The notes beneath the pieces were generated by a model that worked only from the letters and a program-made list of their open reading frames with translations, made no database searches and had not been told where the DNA came from. Positions 24,474 through 36,248 of a DNA stretch of 48,718 bases are shown in pieces. The stretch spans positions 1 to 48,718 of the forward strand of contig JAHBMJ010000403.1 of assembly GCA_018398765.1 (NCBI GenBank), read 5' to 3'. The position numbers and the translations under genes are program-made. This DNA is from Chromera velia (lineage: Eukaryota). Within the stretch, counting starts at the first letter, position 1, and every line of letters starts with the position of its first letter.

Positions 24474-27400
24474 ATGGGTCCCAAGAAGGACGCTTCCCAT
24501 GGGTGCGTCGCGATCAAGGGTATGGAGGCGAAGACCGTGGGCGTCTTCGGCCTCACGGACGATGCGGACATCATCGAGTGGGTACGGCAATATGCAGATA
24601 CTGTTGCCATTCTCAGGGACTCGGACGAGTGGTGCGGCGGGCTCACCTTCACTAACAGGAACAAGATGGGGGTCAACGTTAAACACTACGTCACAAGGAC
24701 CGAGGTGGAAGTGCTGGAGAAAGTGGTGGAACGGGTGCCCCACCTCAGCTTGGAAGTCTCTGAGCAGCTCCGTATTTTTCACAGGCACGTTGTGGACTGC
24801 GTCTCTCCACCCAATGCAGAGTGGATGAAGAGATATCTGCAGCGGACCGACGTCCTGAGAATGGGCAAGGCGAGGATCATGGAAATCAGGGAGCTTCTCT
24901 CACGCTGAGAGAAGGAGAGAATCTCTGGTCCCCAGTTGAAGTCTCTGAACAAGCAGATCCTCTGCCTGCAGACTCTGAAGGAACCCTCCTCCCTATCCTT
25001 GTCTCGCCCTGTTGTGTTTTCTTCAGGTGGGGAGCTCCATAGGGGAGCTTCAACAGAGATGAAAGTGAAGACAGAGGAGGAGACAGGAGCGATACCAGAC
25101 ACCTCCCGTCAGATGTCCGTCCCCGTGTCCAGTGAGCAGCGTCCGGCCTCTGATGAGCAGGACCACCGTAGCAGTAGCAGCAGCAGTTCTAGTGGGGGGG
25201 TGCAGGTGGTCGGTGTGCGACCTGACACCACCCTGCTGGAGATGAAAAGGAAGCAGTACGAGGACCTCGTGGCCCAGATATCGGGTCTGGACACCGCGCG
25301 GGGTGCCGACAAGCTCCGAATTCTGGAGATCCAGAAAGAGGAGAATGAAGTGCTGAGTGGCATGCCCAGGAGGGACAATTTCCCTGAGGGGTCTGAAGGG
25401 AAGGAGGCGTACGCATCAGAGCTGGCATCCTAGGCCGAGAAGAAAGAGGTCTTCGACGCTGGGAAGGCTGACAGGGACACGCTGGTAGCGACCCTGCAAG
25501 GTCATATTGACCAGCTGGCGTCTGATGGGTTTGCTCTAAACGAGCAGGCCGACAAACTCCGCAAGGAGTTAGACGTGCTCTCTCCTCCCCAGGCCAAGGG
25601 TGTCCCTGGGGGTGCTGCTGAAGGTCGCCTGCCTTCGGTATTCCAGATGACCCCCCTTACGGGTGGGGGGGTGTATCCTGCTGTGACTCCCCCTGAACCT
25701 GCGACGGTGTCTGTAGGTGGGGGGGTACGTACTGGTGATATCGGGGCTCCGGGTGCTCCTGACATCTTCTCTTTCCTGGGAATTAGGGAGTCGAGTGGAA
25801 CTCAGGGGAGGCCCAAGTGTGACCCTGAGGATCCCCTCATCGCCTACACCCTGGAAGAGATCTTGACATCGGTCCCGAGGACCTTTGTGGAGATGCGAGA
25901 TAAGGTCGTGGCGATGATCTTTACACACTTTTTCAAGACGATCCAGTACTCGACCTCGGCTCTCATCCTGGAGTACGAGAGGATTGCGTGCAAGCCCTGT
26001 CGGTTCGGTACCTACACAGAGCTACTGGCGCATCACAAGCGTCTCCTGAACCACCTGGTTGAGGAGAATATCGTCCACGAGCTTGGCGTGAAGTACAGGT
26101 TCAGGCTCCTGACGGCACACCTGCCAAACGATCTTATCATAAGGTAGTAGGAGAGACAGAACCCGGTGGACCTCACCAGCGAAGTGGAGATCATTAGGGA
26201 GATCCACGTCATCGCTGCCCAGGCGGAGACCTTCAACAAGTCTCTCGGGGATGCCTGGGACCGGGGCCTGGTTAAAGGAGCTCTCGTCGAGGACTTGAAG
26301 AGAGAGTGGGAACAGAAGGCGGCAACTTTCGGTATGAGGGACTCGGGGGGTGCCTCGCGGGGAGGTATCATTCCGAAGGTTCCTTTCATGGCGTTCGCGG
26401 GGCCTGGAGGAGTCCCGCAGAGGAAGTCCCCTTCCAAGGCAAAGGGAGGGAAACCCTCAGGAGGAAAGACCCCTGACTCTGGCGGGAAGGGCAGGGGCAA
26501 CTATGATCGCGGGAGGCAGGGCAGTGCAGGAGGGGGTTTCGACAAGGGGGATAGTGGGGGGAGCTCCAATCAGGGGCGCTCTCCTAGGTCTAATTCCTCT
26601 GCTCCCTCCAGTAGATATAATGACAAGGGGGTGGAAGGAAAGGACCGTCCTCCCACTCAGGCCGTTGTCAACCCCAGAGGCCCCAACAGGAACCCCGTTC
26701 TCGCTCAATATGGTGTCCGACACCGGGATGGATCCGGGTTGGATGCGTTCATCGGGACGATGGCGGGACCTGGAGAAACTCCCATCAAACCCGATCAGTA
26801 GGATGGAGAGTTTGGGTCTCTGTGGGACAAAGCGTATTGGGATCCTGCCAGCAGGAAGAGCCTTCCCCACGGGTACCGCGATGGGCAGTGCCTGAGATGC
26901 AACCGTCCGGACGGACATGCAGAGTGGGGGGGCTATGGGGCCTGTCCTTGGATTCGGAAGAAGGATGGCTGCCCATCGTGTAGAACGATGGGCTATGCTC
27001 CCAACAACTGCCCTGACGAGAATACGAAGAAGCGGTGGATGATGAAGCAGATGGACAAGACCGGGCAGGACAGAGGCGGCTCGGGGGGCCGCCCTAAGGA
27101 TCTTCCGGGAGGAGAAGGCCATGCAGGCGGCTCCGGAGACCGTCGAGGGTCTCCCTATCCTGGTCATGGGGGCGGCTCAGGGGGGAGAGGAGGTGGTGGG
27201 GGTCGCGGCCGTAGTGGGCCCACCCTTTCTCCCGGCAGGTTCAACAATGAGAACTTCGAGAAGAAGAACTCAGACTCTGGACAGGCGCAGTGGGGGGGTA
27301 GTGTCCCTCCTGTGTCCTCGCAGACTGTCGGTCCTGGGGGTCAGGACGACAATGATGATGTCGTAGTGATGGGTGGCGTCTCACGTGGGAAGGGGGACTC

Positions 27401-27563
27401 GTTCAACCTGACCATCCACGCGTCCAAGGATGAGGAGATGATCACTCACGGAGAGGGGTCTCTTGAAAAGGTTCGCTTTGCAGACCGCCTTGGCCTTCCT
27501 TTGTGCTATGAGCCGGGAGCTAAGTACTCGTCCGACTACGACACAACGACCTTCCATGTGTGA
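24474..27563 (+). pseudogene. gag: gag region with two zinc knuckles, interrupted by in-frame stops
   Basis: ORFs starting at 24474, 24936, 25575, 26166 and 26988 share one frame. Read-through gives CLRCNRPDGHAEWGGYGAC and CPSCRTMG(Y)APNNC at ~26890-27010. Confidence 0.85.
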
Positions 27564-28049
27564 CATGATGGGGCTATGGAGCGCCTGTTTGCCTGGGATC
27601 CTGTTGGGACCCACACGGGGGTCGATGTATGAAGAGAAGGAGTCCGTAGAGCCTGGCAAACGATCTTGTCCGACGAGCCTGAACGGACAGGCTTGGATCG
27701 TATGGGGTGGGCTATCTTCCCTGCAGGTTTGGAGACTTGCATGACAGTCATACAAGCCTTCCAGTCAGAGGTCACTGCGGGAGGAGTCCAGCGCATCAGG
27801 GATATGATAGAGGAACAGGACCCCCATCTCCCTGAGTCCATCTCTCGCACGCGGGGACCGGAGGACGAGACCACCATGGGTGCAGTGCCCTCTGGTTCGA
27901 AGTCTGCTGTCTACACGGTCTCCCAGTATGAGAGTAAACTGATGAACGACCCGAACAGGACCTGGCGACGGGCTGGGTTTCTGGAGAAGTTCGAGGTCTA
28001 CTAGGTTTCGGGAAATGCGAGATTCCAAAACCCCGAGCTCGTCGAGTAC

Positions 28050-28470
28050 AGGGTCATCAAGATCCATATTAACTCCTGTACGTTCGGGAACCTCATCTCC
28101 TGGAGGAAGGTGAGGAGCCTCATCCGTGCCTTTAGGGGGCCAGATATCCTGGACTGGACGGGTTTGTTCACGTGGGGTGTTGGGGAGGACAGGGACGGGC
28201 CCCCGGACGGGGGGCTTCCCAGAAAGACGCGGCACCGGCACTATGAGCATCTTGTCACGGGACAAGATTTCATTGAGTGGAAGGTGCAGCTGGAGATGCC
28301 CCTCCAATCGCGGGGACTAGGAGATGAGGCGGTGTTCTCTTGTCTTGCGATTCTTAGCATCCGGTTCGGGACTCACGACCCCTCCAGTGCTCCAAAGAAC
28401 ATTGTCGTCCCCTGCTTCCTCCACACGGTTGATCAGCCAAACCTCCCTGACGTGCTGATTCGCAATGCTC
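28050..28470 (+). pseudogene. Aspartic protease domain of the polyprotein (active-site Asp mutated)
   Basis: Same frame as gag. IKIHI(N)SC(T)FGNLIS at ~28056-28100 resembles hhhDSGA-x-x-NLIS, and AAC at 28071 is one G>A from Asp. DVLI follows downstream. Confidence 0.55.
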
Positions 28471-29199
28471 CTGGTGCAGGCCTCTTTGTCCCTCGTTCTT
28501 CGCCGAAGGATATCCTTCCCGCCTACCACGTATGGGCTAAGAAGACGAAGGAGGAGAGGCAGATCTCACATGGAGTGAGGCTGTCTATGGACCTGATGTA
28601 TCAGGGCATTCCACAGGTTGATGTTGAGGTCATGGACGCCCTCTTCAAGGTGGGGGCACCGGAGGCCTGCATCATCCACAAGCCCTGGGGAGACAGGCCG
28701 GACGGATACGGCCTCAACCACCTCCTTCAAGCCGTGTATGACCGCAGCCCACACTACAAGGCCGTCCCGAACGAGTCCTTCGAGCACTTCCTTGGGGGCG
28801 GTCCCTAAGGAGGTTCATGCAGGTAATGGTTCTAGTCACTGCAGGAGGTGTGGGACCGGCGGAACAACTTGAAGGGGCAGAGGATGAGGCAGCAGAGGGA
28901 TCCTTATGAGAGGATTCCCCGAACCCCTCTTCCCGACGTGTTGAAGAAGAGGTCGGCCAAGAAGGACTTCAGGGCCACATCAGATGGCGTCAAGGTCCCT
29001 GTGGCTGCCTACCCGATCACGTATTGGGTCGTGGGTGGATGGACTGCCTCGGAGCTGGCGGACACCGACCACTGTCAGCAAGGTCCTTTTCTCGCGGTGA
29101 GAAAGTTTGATGCTGGGGGCGCTAACCACTTCAAACCATGGGACTACGAGTTTGAACGGACGCACCTGGCTGCTTTCTCGGCCGTCATGGTCGACCAGC

Positions 29200-30000
29200 A
29201 GCGTGAGGTGATGGCGCTACACGCGCACTACGGACACCAGAACTTCGACGATCTCAAGGAGACTCTCACGGCTAAGGGCATTGACATCGATGAGGACTGC
29301 AGAAGGTGGGTTTCTGCATGTCCCCTCTGTTAGCTGAAGAACGCGATCACTCCCCGGATTTATAAGAGGAGTGAGAAGCTATCGGCAGATTGGAGGCTGA
29401 TCAAGGGAACGGTCTGGATCGTCGACATCTGGTTCTTCAAGGACCTTCTTGCGAAGGCCGAGACAGGGGGCTTCGGGATGATGGTCGTCCTCTACGAGCC
29501 AGAAGCCGGATTCTCTCTGGCCCACCCAGTTAAAGAGAAGGATGAGGCTTCCCTCATCGACTGTGCGCATTACTTTGCTTGCTGGCTGGGGTGTCCGCAC
29601 CTGGTATGCATAGATGGAGAGAAGGCGGGAGCGGGTATCTCCTTCCAATCGTGGCTCCGGGGGGATGGATCCCCAGGACTCTACCCCATCAAGTACCATC
29701 AGGGACCTCCGTACGTTGGAAAGGGTCTGCAGGCTCTGGTCGAGCACTGTATCCACAGCAATCGGGAGGGAGTGGCCCTCTTCATGTCGGACCCGAACCA
29801 CCGGTTTCCCCTTGCTGTGATTCACCTCGTGGCGATGGGGGAACGTTGGGGGTATTCCTGTGCGTTTCACAGAACGGTGGGGGGCATCTCTTTTACCCTG
29901 ACCTTTCAGAGAGCGCCTCCTGGATGGAGAGTGGGGGACACCGCGGTGGTGTCCATGCCTTCCCTGGAAACGGAGTTACGCGGAGTCATTGTGCAGTTTT
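29200..30000 (+). pseudogene. Integrase (HHCC zinc motif + DDE core)
   Basis: LHAHYGH...WVSACPLC*(Q), then VWIVDIW, CIDGEKAG and ALVEHCIH, located upstream of RT (Copia order). Confidence 0.85.
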
Positions 30001-31222
30001 TGGCTCCGCTCACGCACGATGTTGTCGCGGTTCTCCACAGGCACAAGGAGAGAAACGTTCAAGAGGAACGTTTTACCGTCCTGCAGGTCCATCCCGAGCA
30101 TCTGCAGACGGTCCCGGACAACCTCCGCCTCTGGGGGGGGCCTCGATTCGATCAAGACGGTACCATCCTCCTGGATCTGGTGGGTGGAGACCAGGAGGAT
30201 CTCCGACTCTGGAAAACTTCTGTAAGGCAGGAGGGAGGCACAGGCACTCGCTACCACAGACGGGCAGGTAGGAGCGACCTTGGTCATAGGGGATTCCCTC
30301 TAGTCCTTCCAGGCACATCTCCGGTAGGACGGTACGAGGGGTTGCAGCGAGGAACACAGTGGCCGGCGAGGAAGTTTTCTTTCCAACTGGCAGATGAGGG
30401 CGAAGGTGTTGTGGGCTTGCGGGAGGCCCCTCGCCTCACTCACCTTCGTGAGGGCCATCAGGAGATATTGAGCACGGAGGCGCAGGCGTCGGCTTCGTCA
30501 TCGTCTTCCTCTGCCCTCCCCTCTTCCTCTGCCCTTCCCTCTGCACTGCCTCCCTCCCTCCCTCTGCTCCTGCAGAGCCCTCCGACCCCTCCCCTGCTCA
30601 GGCCGAGGCCTCGGTAAGGGAAGCAGGGGCGGCGGACGCCCGAGCACGGTCTCCCTCTCTTGCCGTGTCCAACAGGGCTTCCATCGACTCTGGGGAGTCG
30701 CCGCTGCCGGATTTCTTTGTCCCGCTCGGCTCCTCGATGAAAGGGACCATCCTGGACCTATCAGGCCCTAGGGTGCTGCGCACGCCTGGGACGGTGCGGC
30801 AGCACAATCGCGCCCCTTCCCGGGGAAGGTGGGTGAACGATCCAGGCCCCGTCTTTTGTGACGAGAAGGGGAATCGCCTCCTGGGGGCCGACGGGGAGCC
30901 CCTGGGCTACAACTGGAAGGTGGAGAGGCCGGTGTTCATGACGTACCGCCGGGGGGTGTATGACCTAGTGTATGACGCTTGGACTCGTCGTTTCGCGCTC
31001 ATGCTCCACCCTGATCTGGGGGAGATCACTCAAGGAGAGGTTTTGGACACCCTCAAGAACTACTTGGCATCCTGACTGACGACGGGCATCAAGGGGGACT
31101 CGTGGAGAAGCGAGAGTGCTACAAGGACACAGAACGAAATCCAGGAAGCACGTGGGGTGTTCCCTGGAGACATGGGTTTCGATCTTGAGGAGGAGAGCCT
31201 CAAAAAGATCATGTCACAGAAC

Positions 31223-32159
31223 ATAGGGGTGTATGACACCGGAGGGGGGGTGGCGTGCAGCACTACGAAAGCTGAGGGTGGATGCCCCCCCCCGGTGTGA
31301 TTCAGAATGAGGTCACCTAAAAATGCTAAACTACAGATGGCGGGGGTGTGTGAGGCATAATGGTGGACAAAAAAAACTCTTAACTTCTCAGCTATACAAT
31401 AATATCCTAAAATCTCTTCAACTATCTAAGACTATCTTAAAACTCAAAAACACTAATATATCTTAAACTATCAGACACTATTTAAAAGTGTTTTCAAACT
31501 AATCATGTTACTAATATATCACTAGCTTAGTTAACAATTGTGTGCGATCTCATTCATGTGCAACTTATCAATGACTGTGCAAGTCATCAGTAATTTTTCG
31601 ATCTCCGAACAGTGAGAGATGCTGAGAGGAGAGGGAAAGGCAATAGAGGGAAAGGCAATAGAGTTATACATGCATGTACTCGATCTCAGTCCATCAAGAC
31701 ACCATGTATGAATGCGATACACCAATTGCGTGCAAAGAGAAGGACTAAGGAAGGAGAAGAAAACGTTGGAACACTTGACTACCCCAACACGAAGTCACCC
31801 CGATACGTTCTGACGCTTTGCACACATAAAACATGTTATTGTATTGTTATGGAGCATCGTTGCATGCATGGGCCTCTAAGAAAAAAAATGTATGCATACA
31901 TGTATGCATGCATGCATACATGTATGCATGCATGTATACATTAAAAAGCTGAACGTCAGCCTCGGTGGGCAACTCCGTATGAACACCGGGGGGGGGTATC
32001 CCTTCTCACATGGGCCGGTAGCAGCGGATGCTGGGGGGGACGGTGTCCGGCGCATCAGGCGCGAAGCGCTCGATGCCCGTCCCGCCATCCACGGGCATAA
32101 CGGAGCAAGCTTGGATGCCCCTCCCCCCCTGGTGTCCTAATAGGAGGATACACCCCTAT
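31223..32159. mobile_element. 937-bp non-autonomous TIR element nested in the polyprotein ORF
   Basis: Termini ATAGGGGTGTAT...ATACACCCCTAT (plus GACACC/GGTGTC offset by an 11-nt indel). 8-bp TSD CACAGAAC/CATAGAAC. Removing it restores the reading frame IMSQN|QGIYLH. Confidence 0.9.
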
Positions 32160-34685
32160 CATAGAACCAGGGCATTTATCTGCACTCACCTCCACAGCCC
32201 CATCGGATTGAGATCCCAGAGGGGTAGACCACTTCGATGAGTCTCCAAGTCTCCATTGCTCCCGATGCGGCTGGGAGCAAGCGTAGGGGGCGATACTACA
32301 TGCACATAGCGCTCAATTACTTGGATAGGCCCAAGCAGGAGTGGATTGAGGCTGACAGGGAATTAAGGGAGACAGATGGTCTGTCTCAGATTGAGCCCCC
32401 AGAAACCGAGTATGCCTACTGGACCCCTTTGGAGGGGAAGTTCTGGAGAGTCGGGCTGTCCATGGCTGTCGGTTTTCCCGAGAGGTACTACGGGATAAGC
32501 GGATCGAGTTCCAGAACTATGTTTTTCCAAGCTCCTACGACCCAGATCCGGTAGCTGCAAACATTCGGGCGTACACGGAAGGAGGAGATCGGATGATGGA
32601 ACACTTTCGGGATGTGTTCCAGGGGACAGAAAGCAACGAAGATGAGAAGGCGTGGTGCCTCGTCTGTGAGATGTGCTACCAGGTCAGGTGTATGTTCCAC
32701 CAGTCGAAACACCACGCCCCATCGTGTTCGAGAGAGAAGACCCCACCGTAAAGGTCGTCCCTCCCAAAGACCCCAGGGACAGGGTCAACAAGAACGAGGT
32801 CGGCCGCGGGGACCGAGCTTGGGAGAAGCTCTCGGATGCATCTGTGGCAAAGACAGGCGGAGACAGAAGGGGAGGGGAAGGGTCCCTTCGCGCTCGTGTT
32901 TCGGGAGCTGAGGATGAGGAAACTGACAAAGACACCTTCGCTTCTGAGTCTCTGCTGTAGGACAGATCGAGCGGGTCAGACCCAGATGATGGAAATGATG
33001 GGAGGGATCCTCCTAACGGAAATGGAGGTCAAGGGGACCGTTCTCCAGATGATTCTCCGCACGACCCACCTCCAGGGGGTTGTTCTGGAGGAGACTGGGG
33101 CGGGGGCACTGATGATAAGGGAGGTGGGGATGGCGGGGGGGACGTTCCTCCCGGATCTTCCCAAGCTCTACATCATGGCATCTCCGTGGGGGAGAGGGCC
33201 CGCCTCCATCTATCTGCTCGCAGACGATCGCAAAGATTGTTTGCGAGAAGGATCCTCTCCGGAGACGACGAAAGAGGGGCAGAGTCTTCTGCCGAGAGGG
33301 GTAGAGGTGACGAGTCGGAACCGGAGGATAGGCCGATTGACCCTTCCGCGCACCTAGGGGGCGCAGATAGATCCCGGTCCAAACAAGGAACTCCCATCCA
33401 AGAGAGGAGAGTTTTAGGTCCAGCTGCGCTGGAGTTCTCCTCGTATGAGCGTCAGCCGATGGAGGCCCACTCTGTGAAGGGGGCAGTTGTCTAGAGGGAC
33501 AACAGGAGAAAGCTCGTGGCCCTCCATTCAAAGGCGCGTAGGAGCTACGGATGGGCAGACCTCGCACCTGATCTTTCGGTAAGGGACCCCCTCGCTTTCA
33601 AGGTCAAGGAAATCAGGGACGGGAGAGTGAAGCGGTTGTCCATCAAGCACGTGTTCGACATTCGGGGAGAGAGAGTCCCCGAGGAGGCTGTGCGCATGAT
33701 TGACGACCCCGTCCAGCTCCGCGAGGTAGGAGTCTGGAAACTGCCGGAGGAAGAAAGGGTAAGGGGTGCGAAGGGCTCTGCAGATATCTCTGCAGAACCA
33801 TCCGCTTCGTCATCTTCCTCTGCTGTGCCTTCTTCTTCTGTTGTCCCTGCTGTGCCTCCTGTCAAGGGGGAGTCACGTATTATCCCCGAGGCTGCTGAGT
33901 CTCAACCTGGTGTTCTTTTGAACGCAGGCGGAGAGGAGCGAGCGGAGGATCATGGGGGTCCTCTTGCTGCCGAGGGGGCATCTGATGAAGGGAATGAGGT
34001 TGGGGAAGTTAAGCTACTGGGCCCTATTGCGGAGAATGTGGAGACGGATGAGGAGCCTCCGTCTATGGTTGCGTCTACGGACAGGGACGGGTATGTCTCA
34101 GAAGCCAGCTTGTCAACGTTTGAGGCAAGCGGCCTGGGCTCCAGGAGCGACAGCAGCTCCTCGGATGATGAGTGGGGTGTCCTGGGGGGTCAAAAACTTC
34201 CCAGGGCAGGAGAAGGACCCACCATGAGGCAGAACCCGCCTAAGGAGGAGGTTGAGGAGATGAACAAGATGGATGAGGTTTTGCAGGGCCCGCAGTGGGA
34301 GCGGTTCAACACTCTCTGTGCGATGGAGGTTTTGAGGGAGGAGCGAGTAAGGAGAGTGCCCGAGGTGACGGGGAAGAACTGGAATGATGATTTCCGGGAG
34401 GAGAGAGGCATTCCATCGTTCGCTGGGGCGATGGCGTGGGAGAGGGAAGAGGGCAGTCCCAAACGGGATGGGACGCCCAAGAGCCCCACCAGGAGTAGGT
34501 GGTGCGGTCTTCCTCACCTGTCTTGCCTTTCATCCAGGAACCCTCGATCAGGTTTCCTGTTCACGGGAGCTGCCGTGTATGAAGAGGAGATGAGCCGTTT
34601 TAAGAAGGGCTCCATCTAGCTCCCCGCCATAAAGGAGGAGATAGACTCGGGGTCTCACAAACTCGCTGCCCTGAAGAAGTGGCTG

Positions 34686-36248
34686 GTGAACATTGTGGGA
34701 AATCGGACGCTCGGTAGGAAAGTTAAGAGGAACGAGGTTCGGGCGGTCGTTGGCATGGGCTGGCGATGCACTTGGAAAGAGACGGATGATGGGGGCCGGA
34801 AGCCTAAGGCGAAGTTTTTCGCAAAGGGCTTCCTGGATGGCCGACTCGTTAACACCTACGTCGGAACGCCTTCCATCGCGGGGATCAACACCGTCTGCCT
34901 TTTCATTGTGTCCACAGGAATGGAGATGGGGGCGGCGGATGTGACCGCTGCCTTCTTGACCTCCAAGGATCACAACGCCGAGCAGGTCGGCGTGACACTG
35001 CCCTCTGTGCTGCCTCGAGTCGCTGAGGAGAACCCCTTCAAGGACATCCCTGACGACAAGTACGAGGAGCTGAGGAGGATGGCGGCCGAGTACGAGCCCA
35101 GGGGCACGTACTTAGTGGAGATAGGCCTCTACGGACTGCCCTGTGCGGCCCAGCTTTTCGACCATAAGTTAGAGGGGGTGTGCAAGGAGTTGGGGTTCAA
35201 GCGCGTGGACACGGCCATCACAGTCAAGGCTCCCCCTGAGGGAGGGAGAGCCCAAGCCATCGTCATGAATTGGATAGACGATTTGCTGACTGGAACCCCT
35301 CCGAAGGAGCACAAAGCCCTTCAGGAGACCCTCAACTAGAGGCTGGGCTTTGGGTCTGTATGTGTAATTGGGGAGGGATCAGAAAGGAAATTTTCAGGAG
35401 TGGATATCTCCAGAGTCTCCACGGGGGAGATTCATCTCTCCCAGGTTTCGTACCTCGAGAACACCAACACCGCTCTTCTATGGGAGATTTTGAAGGAAAA
35501 ACGTCCGAGCAAACCCTGGAAGGGTTTGGATAGCAAGAGTGCTAAGCCCTCCACCGAGGAAGAGGTCGACAACCAGTATGAGAAGCCGATCCATGCTGGA
35601 GTCGGGACTCTGCAGTGGGGGGTGAGGATGAATCCACTCCGTGCGGTGTGGGGCCACACGGTAGCGCAGTCGATTTCGAAGCCCTCCAGGCGCGTCTTCA
35701 AGACAGTCGTGCGCATCATCGAGATACTGAAGGGGTACCCTGATAAGTGGGTTTTCACGAGCGTGGGGCTCGTGCCCGTCGTGCACGCGTACTTCGATGC
35801 AGCGTTCAAGTTTGCGACTTACGCTGCACGGTTGGGTTATGTTGTCAGGATCCTGTACTCGATCGAGCTGCGAGGGGACCTGCGGTCCCTCCTGGAGAAC
35901 TGGATTGCGTGGGCCACCAAGAGGGCGGGCAGGAAGGTCGGGTCTTCCACCGCCGGGGAGGTGCTCGCCTTTGAGTTTCTTCTCAAGAAGCTCTTCGGTA
36001 TCGTTGCCCTCGTTAAGGCAATGTGGGGCCTCAAGAAGGTCCGTGTGATTGTCTACACGGACTCCGGCCCCCTCCACGACCAGTTCCAGTCTGGTAAGGC
36101 CCAGACCGATACGACCATGCAGGGCGTTTTAGAGTGGTGCATTCAAGAGATGCGTGTCCTTGGGGCAGATCTCCAGTGGATTGCACGATCGAGGAACGTG
36201 GCGAACGTGATAACCAAGTACGCCCTCCCCAGTGGGGAAATGGCGTGA
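34686..36248 (+). pseudogene. pol: Copia-type reverse transcriptase (RVT_2) + RNase H, one in-frame TAG at 35337
   Basis: RT motifs WRCTWK..KPKAKFFAKGF, ADVTAAFL, GLYGLPCAAQLF and WIDDLL. RNase H motifs AYFDAAF, SSTAGEVLA, VYTDSGP and NVA(N)VITK. Confidence 0.93.

Noticed and set aside
24474..36248. Alternative genetic code (stop codons read as sense) explaining the in-frame stops
   Set aside because: All three stop types occur, catalytic residues are also damaged by the same transitions, and the 562-codon host ORF has no internal stops. Mutation is the simpler explanation.
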